Assembly (NCBI GenBank): GCA_963782465.1
Contig: CAWAJR010000001.1
Span: 205,153-237,152 of the forward strand
Origin: an uncultured Actinomycetes bacterium
GTDB taxonomy: Bacteria > Actinomycetota > Acidimicrobiia > IMCC26256 > PALSA-610
DNA: 32,000 nucleotides
Direction: 5' to 3'
Positions 1 through 8,234 of this stretch are shown here, in pieces. The position numbers and the translations under genes were made by a program. Below the pieces are notes generated by a model. The model made no database searches, had not been told where the DNA came from, and saw nothing but the letters and a program-made list of their open reading frames with translations. The stretch's first letter is position 1; each line of letters starts with the position of its first letter.

Positions 1-1574
1 TCGAGTTGTGCTTTCGGGAGCCCGTTCACCGCGATGCGCTGTGTCGTTGTGGAGTAGAGCGCACGGCGGTTCGCGTCGATCGCTTCGGCGGCGGCCCCGA
101 GATCGGGTTTTCCCTGCGCGATGCCGAGCGAACGCAACACGCCCGCGTGCTGGGTGAGCAAGGTTTGCACCGCGTCGGTGCGACCCTGGTCGATGTCGTG
201 GGCGCGCCGCGCGAACTCCCCGCTGTCGACGTAGTCGATGTAGACGGGGTGCGCGAACGACGCCTGGTGCTCGCGCTCGACGAATTGGACGAGCAGGCTG
301 ACCCGGTTGTCCCACGTCGCCGGGAACGAAACGCTCGGCCCCGACGGTCCCGACTTCCGGTTGAGCAGCACCGCGCCGACGCCGACGGCCGCCGCGATGA
401 TGGCGGCCACGAGGATGATCGCGGTGAGCCGGCGCGCCCTTGAAGGCCCGGGTTCCGGCCCGGCCGGGAAGAACAGTTCACGCGGCCGATCGGTCGGCGG
501 TGGGCCGGGAGGTGGCGCGGCTCGGGGTGGCGCGGGTTGCGGTGGCGCGGGTTGCGGTGGCGCGGGTTGTGGTGGCGCGGCTTGCGGTGGCGCGGGTTGG
601 GGTGGCGGGGCGGCCGGCAGGGGAGGGAGCGGCGCGGCGGGAGCCGGTGCCGGCGGTGCGGGTGGTTCGGGTGCGGGTGGGGGAACGGGCGGGGCCTCCA
701 GGATGTCGGGGACCGGCGAAGGGGTCGGGGCCGGCGCCGTCAGGTCTTGGAGCCCCTCGTAGGGGGCGGCGCTGCGGTATTCATCGAGCCATCCCTCGCC
801 GGTCTCGCCTGCCCGCGTCCGGGGGAGCAACTTCTCGGCCGCGTCGTCGAGGTCGGGGAGTGGCCCGAACGGGCCGGGGTCGTTGCGCGCCTTCTCCCGC
901 CGCTCCGCCCGGCGGTCGAATCGTCGCTCCCTCCACGACCGTGCTGGGAGCGGCGCGGGCATCACGACGGGCGTCGCCGGGGCCGGCGCGGGAGGCGGCG
1001 GGGTTGGTGCGGCGGCCGGTGGCGATGGTGCCGGAGCGCTGGGCGGCGTGGGCGGCGCGGGGGCCACCGGCGCGGCCGGCAGGGGCGGTGCGACCACTGC
1101 CGGTGCTGGCGCCGGTGCTGGTGCTGGTGCCGGGGCCGGCGCTGGTGCTGGTGCCGGTGCCGAGGGGGCGGGCGGCGCGGGTGGCGCGGGTGGCTGCGCC
1201 GGCGCGGCCGGAGGAGTGGGCGCGGGTGTGGGTGGTGGCGCGACCTGCGGTGGCGCGGTGGGCGCCGGCCCGGGCGCCGGTGGTGCGGCGGGCGGGATTC
1301 CCGCGTGAGCAGGCGGCGCGCTCGCGGGCGCGCCGTTCGGGGCCGCGGCGGCGGCCGGCGCCGGGTCGCCGAGGTGCAACGCCCACGCGCCGCTCCGGAC
1401 CAGATAGTGCGCGCTCGGGTACCGCAGCGCGGTGTTCGGGTCGACTGCGGGCTGGGGACCGGGATCGACGTAGTCGTCGTCGCCGAGCGCGACGAAACGT
1501 TCCTTGTCGTGGTCCCAATAGACGGCCGGGCCGCGACCGACCCTGTACGGAGCGCCGTCGGTTGGTGTCGTCAC
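1..1574 (-). CDS. Pro/Ala-rich single-pass membrane protein with an extracytoplasmic C-terminal domain (3' end outside the window)
   Basis: Absent from the ORF track because it has no stop inside the window. The minus frame (codon first bases = 2 mod 3) is open from an in-frame TGA at 1671-1673 down to base 1. GTG at 1574 follows GGAAGG by 7 nt. My translation: VTTPTDGAPYRVGRGPAVYWDHDKERFVALGDDDYVDPGP..., then a long P/A-rich stretch including (AP)n and (PAPPQ)n, then RARRLTAIILVAAIIAAAVGVGAVLLNRK (TM helix, about 363-428), then SVSFPATWDNRVSLLVQFVEREHQASFAHPVYIDYVDSGEF... GC3 is high outside the repeats. The alternative frames give Arg-rich junk. Confidence 0.6.
   Translation of the reverse strand, partial: MTTPTDGAPYRVGRGPAVYWDHDKERFVALGDDDYVDPGPQPAVDPNTALRYPSAHYLVRSGAWALHLGDPAPAAAAAPNGAPASAPPAHAGIPPAAPPAPGPAPTAPPQVAPPPTPAPTPPAAPAQPPAPPAPPAPSAPAPAPAPAPAPAPAPAPAPAVVAPPLPAAPVAPAPPTPPSAPAPSPPAAAPTPPPPAPAPATPVVMPAPLPARSWRERRFDRRAERREKARNDPGPFGPLPDLDDAAEKLLPRTRAGETGEGWLDEYRSAAPYEGLQDLTAPAPTPSPVPDILEAPPVPPPAPEPPAPPAPAPAAPLPPLPAAPPPQPAPPQAAPPQPAPPQPAPPQPAPPRAAPPPGPPPTDRPRELFFPAGPEPGPSRARRLTAIILVAAIIAAAVGVGAVLLNRKSGPSGPSVSFPATWDNRVSLLVQFVEREHQASFAHPVYIDYVDSGEFARRAHDIDQGRTDAVQTLLTQHAGVLRSLGIAQGKPDLGAAAEAIDANRRALYSTTTQRIAVNGLPKAQL
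511..610. repeat. 15-bp tandem repeat, about 6.5 copies of ggtggcgcgggttgc and variants
   Basis: Units read directly at 511, 526, 541, 556, 571, 586 and 601, with point variants. The period is a multiple of 3 and encodes (PAPPQ)n in the minus-strand gene. Confidence 0.9.
1101..1162. repeat. Hexanucleotide (GGTGCY/GGCGCY)n microsatellite-like tract encoding (AP)n on the minus strand
   Basis: cggtgctggcgccggtgctggtgctggtgccggggccggcgctggtgctggtgccggtgcc. Translating the minus frame of the Pro-rich gene gives alternating Ala-Pro. Confidence 0.75.
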
Positions 1575-1660
1575 CCTCGAACCTTCCACCGCTTGGGCGC
1601 GGGAATGGTAACCAGCGTGGTCTGCGCCGCGCCCGTGGGCAATTCGACACCCCGCGCCCC

Positions 1661-1712
1661 CGAACCTGCGTCAGTTTCGGCCCCGCACAAGGCCAAAACT
1701 GACGCACGTTCG
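1661..1712 (-). terminator. Long intergenic hairpin (22-bp stem with 2 mismatches, 8-nt loop); probable mrp terminator
   Basis: The left arm cgaacctgcgtcagtttcggcc (1661-1682) pairs with ggccaaaactgacgcacgttcg (1691-1712). There is no U-tract. It lies between the inferred mrp stop (1742) and the Pro-rich gene start (1574). Confidence 0.5.
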
Positions 1713-1741
1713 GGCGAGGGGGGAGTGTGGTCGAGCGCGGA

Positions 1742-2997
1742 TCACGGCGCGGGCGCGGAACCTCGCCGGCGCTCGCCGCCGCGATCTCGAAGATCCGGGC
1801 GGTGCAGCCGGCCATCTCGACGGGCGGGAGCAATTCGTCGACGATGCGCTTGGCGATGGCTTCGAAGGCGAGCGCGGCGGGCGCGTCGGCCGCGCCGAGC
1901 ACGACGGGCGTGCCCTCGTCGCCGCCGTTCGACACTGCCGGTTCGATCGGGATCTCACCGACGAGTGGCGCACCGGTGAGGACCGCGAGGCGGTTCCCGC
2001 CGCCGTGACCGAAGATCGCGTGGCGTGACCCGTCGGGTGCGACGAACTCGCTCATGTTCTCGACGATGCCGAGCACCTTGAGATAGCTGCGGCGAGCCAT
2101 GTCGGCGACGCGTGAAGCGACCTTCTGTGCCCCTTTGGCCGGAGTGGTCACGACGAGCATCTCGGTTTGGGGCAGTAGCCGCGCCAGCGCCATCTGGATG
2201 TCGCCGGTGCCCGGGGGCATGTCGATCAGGAGGTAGTCGAGGTCGCCCCAGTCGACGTCGGTCAGGAATTGCTCGAGGGCTTTGGCGAGGATCAGGCCAC
2301 GCCACATGAGCGCGGTGTCCTCGTCGTCGACGAGCAGGCCCATCGACACGACGCGCAGCACGCCTTGCGGGCCGCCGTGCGGTGACCGCACGGGGAGATC
2401 TTGCGGGACGATCTTGCCCCGGCCGAGCTCGTTCTTGGTCCCGGCGAGGCGGCCCCTCGCGCCGAGCATGCGGGGGATCGAAAAGCCCCAGATGTCGGCA
2501 TCGAGCACGCCGACGGTGAGGCCGCGCGCCGCGAGCGCGGCGGCCAGGTTCGCGGTCACCGACGACTTGCCGACGCCGCCCTTCCCCGAGCCGATCGCGA
2601 TGACTCGCGTCGTCGCGGGTACGGCCGTGCTGGGCGCGTTCTGCGAGGCGTGGAGACGGACCCGCTGCATGAGCGCCGAGCGCTCCTGCTGGGTCATTTC
2701 ACCGTATTCGACCTGGACGTCGGACACGCCCGGCAGGCCGCGCACCTTCGATCGCACGTCGGTGGAGATCTGGCCCCGCAGCGGGCATCCCGCGGTGGTG
2801 AGCGCGACCTTCACCTTGACGACGCCGTCGGCGCCGACGTCGATGCCCTTCACCATCCCGAGTTCGGTGATGGCCAGGTGCAGTTCGGGGTCGAGTACAC
2901 CCGCGAGCACGCCGCGGACGTCGTCGGGCGTGGGCGGCGGGAAGGTCGTGGAGTCGGGGGGAGCGTCCATGGGTGCCTTCGTCGGCGGGGCGGGCAA
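1742..2997 (-). CDS. mrp: Mrp/ApbC/NBP35-family Fe-S cluster carrier ATPase (N-terminal DUF59-like domain plus P-loop). As assembled, the ORF reads on to 781.
   Basis: VIAIGSGKGGVGKSS deviant Walker A, DYLLIDMPPGTGD, VENMS and PPVEMAGCTARIFE match the Mrp family. Family-like sequence ends near 1765. The formal ORF (781-2997, 738 aa) continues as Arg-rich text through the hairpin and across the Pro-rich gene in another frame. A 1-nt deletion near 1745-1770 would place TGA at 1742-1744 (1256+1 nt = 419 codons). The start could instead be the internal Met at 2970. Confidence 0.85.
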
Positions 2998-3123
2998 GCG
3001 AGCGGTGGAACGGGTCGATCGGGACGAACGGGTCGATCGGATGGCGGAGCACGGTCCGACGAATAAAACACACCGAGACCTTGAAAATATGCCCGACCCC
3101 CGGTACCGTCAAGACCAGTTCCC

Positions 3124-3807
3124 ATGGACGTCCTGTCGATGCTCAAGGCGCTCGCGGACGAGACCCGGTACGCGATGTACCACGAGCTCGCCACTTCGAC
3201 GCAGCCACTCACGGCCACCGAGCTGGCCGACCGGCTCAACCTGCACGCGAACACGGTGCGCCTGCACCTCGAGCGGATGCGCGACGCCGGGCTGGTCGAC
3301 GTCGAACCGGTCCACCGGGGCACCGTGGGCCGCCCGCAACACGTCTACACGCTCGCGGCCGGCGCTCCCGGCGTGGCGTTCGACCCCCCGTCGCACGCGC
3401 TGCTCGCCGGGCTGCTCGCGGCGCTCGCGGAGCGGGTCGGCGCCGACCCGGGCGACGCCGAAGCGATCGGGCGGTCCTGGGGTGCCGAAGCCGGTCACCG
3501 CACCCGGTCGCGGAATTGCGTGACCGCGCTCACCAACGAACTCCAGCGGCTCGGCTTCGATCCCGCAGCCGAGGTCGCCACCCCGGCTGCCGACGGCGAC
3601 GACGGCGACGTCACGATCAGTTTCCTGCACTGCCCGTTCCGCGAACTGGCCGAGGCATACCCCGAGCTGGTCTGCAACCTGCACCGTGGGATCTGTCGCG
3701 GCGTCGTCGACCAGGTCGGTGGCGGAACAGTCGAGACGTTCTCCACGTTGTACGAAACCGACCCGTGCCGGGTCACCGTTTCGGTTGGATACCCTGAAGA
3801 AGCCTGA
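3124..3807 (+). CDS. ArsR/SmtB-type winged-helix transcriptional regulator with a Cys/His-containing C-terminal domain
   Basis: The N-terminal wHTH (LADETRYAMYHELA...LTATELADRLNLHANTVRLHLERMRDAGLV) is followed by FLHCPF...LVCNLHRGIC. It is divergent from mrp and upstream of the IscA-like gene. Confidence 0.75.
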   Translation: MDVLSMLKALADETRYAMYHELATSTQPLTATELADRLNLHANTVRLHLERMRDAGLVDVEPVHRGTVGRPQHVYTLAAGAPGVAFDPPSHALLAGLLAALAERVGADPGDAEAIGRSWGAEAGHRTRSRNCVTALTNELQRLGFDPAAEVATPAADGDDGDVTISFLHCPFRELAEAYPELVCNLHRGICRGVVDQVGGGTVETFSTLYETDPCRVTVSVGYPEEA

Positions 3808-3828
3808 TTTCGTCCCCGGAGGCAGCTC

Positions 3829-4149
3829 ATGATCGCCCTGACCGACACCGCGACCACGAAGGTCAAGGAACTCCTCGAGGCCGAAGCACAACCCGACCTG
3901 TTCCTGCGGGTCGCCGTGCGCCCCGGTGGCTGCTCGGGCTTGAGCTACGAGATGTTCTTCGATTCGGAACGTGCCGCCGACGACATCGAGGCCGCGTTCG
4001 GTGAAGTCAAGGTCGTCGTCGACCCGGCGAGTTCCCAGTACCTGCAGGGCGCGTCGCTCGACTACAAGGACGGCCTCCAAGGCGCCGGGTTCACGATCAA
4101 CAACCCGAATGCGGCCCGCACCTGCGGTTGCGGCCAGTCGTTCTCGTAA
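3829..4149 (+). CDS. HesB/IscA/ErpA-family iron-sulfur cluster insertion protein
   Basis: 106 aa with GGCSGLSY and a C-terminal CGCGQSF motif. GGAGG lies 6-7 nt upstream of the ATG. Confidence 0.9.
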   Translation: MIALTDTATTKVKELLEAEAQPDLFLRVAVRPGGCSGLSYEMFFDSERAADDIEAAFGEVKVVVDPASSQYLQGASLDYKDGLQGAGFTINNPNAARTCGCGQSFS

Positions 4150-4170
4150 CGCCGTCCCCTCGAAAACCGG

Positions 4171-4968
4171 TTGTCCGTGACGGCCCCGCGTGCCGGCGGG
4201 GCCGTTTCGCGCCCGCGGCTCGTCGTCGCGCTCGCGGTTGCCGTCGCGCTCGCGGCCGGCGGCTGCCACGGCAGCTCGCACCCGCGCGTCGAACCGGGCT
4301 CGACGGCCGCAACGACATCGCCGACAGTCGTGGCGACCAGTACGCGCGCCTCACGCGCGGCCGACCGGGCCGTCGCCCGGCGGGCGGTGCTGCAGCGTGC
4401 CGACGTGCCGCGAGGGTGGCGGCGGGTCGCGGTCGACGGGCAATCCGGGGACGCGCTGCTCGCGCGATTGTGCCCGTCGGTGGGCCGGGCCCGGAGGCGT
4501 CTCGCCACGCTGGAGGGCGGGGCGTTGCCGGATGCGTCGAGCGCCTTCACGCCCGGTGCCGGTGGTCTTCCCCTCGTTCGTGCTCGCGTCTACGTGCTTT
4601 CCACGGCGTCGATCGCGAACAAGCTGTTCGTGCTCACGGCGAAGGCGTCGCACGCGCGCTGCGTCGCGCGCGCGTTCGCGAAGACGTCGGGTAGCGGCGG
4701 CAGCGCGGTCACCTACGGCACGCCGACCGTTTCGCCGATCGGCGTCCCTCGCGCCGGGAGCGCGGCCACCGCGTTCGAGGTCCGTTTCGCGACGACGAGT
4801 AGCGGTGCGTCGTACGAAACGCGCCTGTACCTCGTCACGATTCTTCGCGACCGTTCCGTGGTCGTGATGTTGTTCGCCGACGCCGACCTGTTGCCGCTCG
4901 CGGCGTCGGCACGCGACGCGATCGTGCGCGCGGCCGCCGTTCGCGATCGTCAGGCCGGCAAGATTTGA
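4171..4968 (+). CDS. Hypothetical secreted lipoprotein
   Basis: The signal peptide has a lipobox (LVVALAVAVALAAGGC). The rest is unassigned. The start is TTG 4171 or GTG 4177. Confidence 0.6.
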   Translation: MSVTAPRAGGAVSRPRLVVALAVAVALAAGGCHGSSHPRVEPGSTAATTSPTVVATSTRASRAADRAVARRAVLQRADVPRGWRRVAVDGQSGDALLARLCPSVGRARRRLATLEGGALPDASSAFTPGAGGLPLVRARVYVLSTASIANKLFVLTAKASHARCVARAFAKTSGSGGSAVTYGTPTVSPIGVPRAGSAATAFEVRFATTSSGASYETRLYLVTILRDRSVVVMLFADADLLPLAASARDAIVRAAAVRDRQAGKI

Positions 4969-5830
4969 TGCAGTAACGCGTCGATCTCGTCGGACGCGAA
5001 TGCACCGTCGAGACGATCGACGATCTTGCCTTCGGGGTTCACCGCGAACAGCCACGGTTCGCTCGAGAGGTTCCACGCGTCAACGGTCGGCGACACCGTG
5101 GTGCCGGTGAGGTCGCGGTAGATCTCGACGTGCACGAAGTCGATCTGCTCCGCGTAGCGCGTTGCGAACGGTAAGAGCGTGTCGAGGATCGGGCCGCAGT
5201 ACTGCGACTGGCACAGCGCCGGGGTTGCGAAGATCACTGCGACCGGCCGGCCCTTTCCGATCAGGTCGGCCAGCGACAGCTTGTGCAACGGGCACATGGG
5301 CGTGCGCGTGCAGATCGGTTTGACCCCGAGCGGCTTCGCGAAGGTGGGCGATGCCGCCGTCGGTGCCTGGTCGCCCACCGTTGGTACGACCGGCTTCGCC
5401 TGTACCTGGAACGCGAGTTGCACCGCGCTGCCGTCGATCTTCACCGTCGCGGTGTACACGCCCGGCTTCGACAGCACCGGGTCGATCACGTACACACCGC
5501 GGTCTTTCGGCAGGCCGCTGCGGTGCAACGGCGCCGGCACGTAGGGGCCGATCGGGCTGTGCAACGGTTTGATCGCGATGCTCGCGGGCCCTTCGACGCG
5601 TACGCGCCACTCTTCGCCTTCGCGATGAACGCGAGCCGTTGCGGTTTCGGCGACGCGTACAGGTCGCTCGACATCACGAACGTGCTGATCGCGTCGTTCC
5701 CGGCATTCCCGGCGTTGGTCGTCGAGGTCGAACCGGCGGCACTCGAATTGCTGCTCCCGCACGCGGCGAGCAACGCAGCACCGCCACCGAGGGCGAGGAA
5801 CGCACGCCGGGAAAGGGGTTCGGGAGCCAC
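4950..5830 (-). pseudogene. Tat-signal lipoprotein with a thioredoxin-fold (TlpA/redoxin-like) C-terminal domain; reading frame broken by an apparent 1-nt deletion near 5586-5591
   Basis: The N-terminal part is in one frame (GTG 5830: VAPEPLSRRAFLALGGGAALLAACGSS...DLYASPKPQRLAFIAKAKSGAYASKGP). It continues in the frame of track ORF 4950-5762 (ASIAIKPLHSPIGPYV...VIFATPALCQSQYCGP...). The junction is at the gggccc run. 881+1 nt = 294 codons. Confidence 0.65.
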
Positions 5831-5858
5831 GCTCCTATTGTGCCGACTGGAGGTGCCA

Positions 5859-7580
5859 ATGTCGGATCGGGTCGCGTTCACCTGCAATAACCGACCGCTG
5901 ACGGTCGATGTCGCGGCGGGCGAATCGCTGCTGACGGTGTTGCGCGAACGGCTGGGGATCGAGTCGGTGAAGGACGGCTGCGCGCCCCAAGGGCAATGCG
6001 GGTGCTGCACCGTGCTCGTCGACGGAGAGCCGCGCGTCGCGTGCGTCACTCCCGTCGAACGGGTCGAAGGCCGTTCCGTCGCGACGGTCGAAGGGCTCGA
6101 CCCCTCGGTGCGCTCGGCGCTGAGCGACGCGTTCGTTGCCGTGGGCGGGTCGCAGTGCGGGTTCTGCACGCCGGGCATCGTGGTGCGGGCGGCGGCTTCG
6201 ATCGCGCGAGGGCGTTGCGCGCGCGCCGACCTCGATCGCGCGCTTGCCGCGCACCTGTGCCGTTGTACGGGTTGGCTCACGATCTACGACGCGATCCAGG
6301 GAGCCGCGGCCGCGGTCGACGGCGGCCCTCCGATCGCGGTGGCCGAACGTGATCTCGCCGCGGCCGGCGCACGCGCCGCGCTCGAAGGGACTGTCTCACA
6401 AGTCGTCGGCCCCGACGTCGTGCTCGGCGGCCGCCCCTTCGCCGACGATGCGGCGCCCCGAGACGCGCTCGTCGCCGTACCGCGGCCGCCGGGTGCCGAC
6501 GTGAAGGCCGTCGACGCAGCCGGATGTTCCTGGGTGCTGGGCGAGTCGTTGGCCGAGGCGCGCGCCAACGCCGGCAAGGTCCAGGGTCGGCGCACGACCG
6601 TCGCCGACGTACCTCCGATCGCGGCGGTGCCGTTACCCGCGGGCGGTGTACGGCTGGCCACGTCGTGGCTCGAACCCGCGTACCTCGAACCTGACGCGTC
6701 GTGGTGCGCGCCCGGCGGCGAACCGTTTTCGCCGCTCGCGAACGGCGGCGCGTTCGGCGGGAAGACCGAATCGATCGCGCCCCACGCCGCGCGCGACTTG
6801 GCCGACGCGACGAGGCGAACGGTGCGGGTCGTGTTCTCGCGAGAAGACGTCGTACGCCTCGGTGCAAAGCGGCCGCCCATGGCCGCATCGGCCGTCGCCG
6901 ACCTCAGCGGGCGGTCGGTGGAGATCAGTGGCGACCGAGCCGCGCCCTCCCGACCCGCGGTGTTCCCCTACACGCTCGACGTACGGCGCGATTGGCGCAC
7001 GGTGGCCGTGGCCGGCCCGCCGACCGGTGCCCTACGCGCCGCGTGGGCCGAAGAGGTCGTGCTGGTTGAAGGCGCGCTCGACGTCGCCGGCGCCGACCGG
7101 TCGGCGTTCGTGCGCGATGCACGCACCGCGTCGGTGTTGCTGCACACCTGCGCGCTCGGCCCGGAGGGCGCGCTCGCCGGCGCCGCCGTCGAGATGGGGA
7201 GCCCGGGGGCGATCGATCGCGTGCGCGTGCGGGTGGCGGCCGGCGATCCGCTCGATGCCGTGGTGTTGCGCTCGTACGTCGTCGGCGCGGTGCACATGGC
7301 ACTCGGTTGGGTTCTCACGGAGAGCATTGCCGTCGATCCGGGCACGGGTGCGGTGCACGATCTCACCATCCGGTCGTTCGGGATCATCCGGCCCCGCCAC
7401 ATGCCGCCGGTCGAGGTCACCATCGTCGACGAACCCGGCCCGCCCCTTCCGGGTGCCTCCGACGCCGCGTTCGCAGCGGTGGCCGCGGCGACGTGGAACG
7501 CTGTGGCCCGCGCCGAGGGCACCCGACCCGAATCGTTCCCCGCCCGGCACACGCACGTCGCGCAAGGGCTGCGGCGTTGA
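5859..7580 (+). CDS. Fusion of a CoxS-like [2Fe-2S] domain pair with a short, divergent xanthine dehydrogenase/aldehyde oxidase-type molybdopterin-binding region
   Basis: ATG 5859 lies 5 nt after GGAGG. CAPQGQCGCCTV, CGFCTPG and CRCTGW are the two 2Fe-2S motifs. Downstream, NGGAFGGKTES and SREDVVRLGAKRPP resemble the GGGFGGK/TREE motifs of XDH-family Mo subunits. The upstream part of the track ORF (5283-5858) is antisense to the neighbouring gene. Confidence 0.7.
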   Translation: MSDRVAFTCNNRPLTVDVAAGESLLTVLRERLGIESVKDGCAPQGQCGCCTVLVDGEPRVACVTPVERVEGRSVATVEGLDPSVRSALSDAFVAVGGSQCGFCTPGIVVRAAASIARGRCARADLDRALAAHLCRCTGWLTIYDAIQGAAAAVDGGPPIAVAERDLAAAGARAALEGTVSQVVGPDVVLGGRPFADDAAPRDALVAVPRPPGADVKAVDAAGCSWVLGESLAEARANAGKVQGRRTTVADVPPIAAVPLPAGGVRLATSWLEPAYLEPDASWCAPGGEPFSPLANGGAFGGKTESIAPHAARDLADATRRTVRVVFSREDVVRLGAKRPPMAASAVADLSGRSVEISGDRAAPSRPAVFPYTLDVRRDWRTVAVAGPPTGALRAAWAEEVVLVEGALDVAGADRSAFVRDARTASVLLHTCALGPEGALAGAAVEMGSPGAIDRVRVRVAAGDPLDAVVLRSYVVGAVHMALGWVLTESIAVDPGTGAVHDLTIRSFGIIRPRHMPPVEVTIVDEPGPPLPGASDAAFAAVAAATWNAVARAEGTRPESFPARHTHVAQGLRR

Positions 7581-7617
7581 CCACACCCGAACCTCGACCG
7601 CCGACAGGAGCCGTTGC

Positions 7618-8073
7618 ATGCCCGTCCATCCCGTGCCCACACCGAGTGCACCTCCCGTTGCCGGCCCGTACTCCCCGGCGGTGCGAGCCGGTGATTGGCT
7701 CGTCCTCGCGGGGCAGGTCGGCCTCGACCCCGCGACCGGGCGCCTCGCCGAGGGGGGCTTCGAAGCGCAGGCCCGCCAGGTCCTCGCCAACATCGCCGCG
7801 GTACTCGCCGATTGCGGCGCGACCATCTCCGACGTCGCCAAGACGACGATCTTCGTGACCGACATCAGCCACTTCCCTGCGGTCAACGCGGTGTACGCCG
7901 AAGCGTTCGGCGACCACCGGCCGGCGCGTTCGACGGTCGAGGTGAGCGCACTCCCGGGCGGGGCGCTCGTCGAGATCGAGGCTTGGCCCACCGCCCGGCC
8001 TGAACTCGTTTTCGTGAACCGAAAACGCCGAGAAGGGCACGTTCGCTACATCAAAACGAGTTCGGCGCGGTAG
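7618..8073 (+). CDS. ridA: RidA/YjgF/Endoribonuclease L-PSP family protein
   Basis: GPYSPAVRAGDWLVLAGQVGLDP...TTIFVTDISHF..VNAVYAEAFG...PARSTVEVSALPGGALVEIEA. GGAG lies 7 nt before ATG 7618. The track ORF's longer N-terminus is out of frame over the previous gene. Confidence 0.85.
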   Translation: MPVHPVPTPSAPPVAGPYSPAVRAGDWLVLAGQVGLDPATGRLAEGGFEAQARQVLANIAAVLADCGATISDVAKTTIFVTDISHFPAVNAVYAEAFGDHRPARSTVEVSALPGGALVEIEAWPTARPELVFVNRKRREGHVRYIKTSSAR

Positions 8074-8082
8074 GTTCGGGGC

Positions 8083-8226
8083 GTGCTCGGAGTGGTGCTC
8101 GTCCTCGTCGCGATGTTTGTCGTCGGACCGATCGCGCTGTTCGCGGCCGGTGTGATCTGGAGCGCCATTCTCGGTTGGGCGCTGTCCGACGATGCCGACA
8201 CCCGTTCGAGCGGGTCGCCCGCGTAA
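8083..8226 (+). CDS. Possible 47-aa small membrane protein
   Basis: GTG 8083 to TAA 8224-8226 translates as VLGVVLVLVAMFVVGPIALFAAGVIWSAILGWALSDDADTRSSGSPA, with two hydrophobic stretches. It is below the length cut-off of the ORF track, and I could not judge homology. Confidence 0.3.
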   Translation: MLGVVLVLVAMFVVGPIALFAAGVIWSAILGWALSDDADTRSSGSPA

Positions 8227-8234
8227 CTCGAGGC

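Noticed and set aside
511-610. Tandem 15-bp repeats as a possible CRISPR or regulatory array
   Set aside because: The repeats are contiguous with no spacers, their period is a multiple of 3, and they lie in frame inside a coding region, encoding (PAPPQ)n.
781-1741. C-terminal 320-aa extension of the Mrp ORF
   Set aside because: The extension is Arg-rich nonsense text that crosses a 22-bp hairpin and overlaps a better-supported gene in another frame. It is most simply explained by a lost stop frame caused by a 1-nt deletion.
307-1979. Long plus-strand ORFs 307-762, 440-1702, 537-1979 and 883-1308
   Set aside because: Their translations are Arg/Gly/Ala low-complexity text (e.g. VARVAVARVAVARV, GAGAGAGAG). 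They are antisense or alternative frames of the minus-strand Pro-rich gene, a typical high-GC artefact.
3109-4281. 390-aa minus-strand ORF
   Set aside because: It is antisense to the well-supported ArsR-type and IscA genes, and its composition (R, V, D, G rich) is typical of reverse-frame translation.
5283-5858. N-terminal 192 aa of track ORF 5283-7580
   Set aside because: It overlaps the thioredoxin lipoprotein gene in antisense. ATG 5859, with a good SD, begins the recognisable 2Fe-2S domain.
6646-7617. N-terminal 324 aa of track ORF 6646-8073, and other ORFs overlapping 6.1-8.5 kb (6277-6888, 6968-7651, 7032-7991, 7417-8481)
   Set aside because: These are out-of-frame or antisense overlaps of the oxidoreductase and RidA genes. 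They are Arg/Pro-rich and have no motifs.
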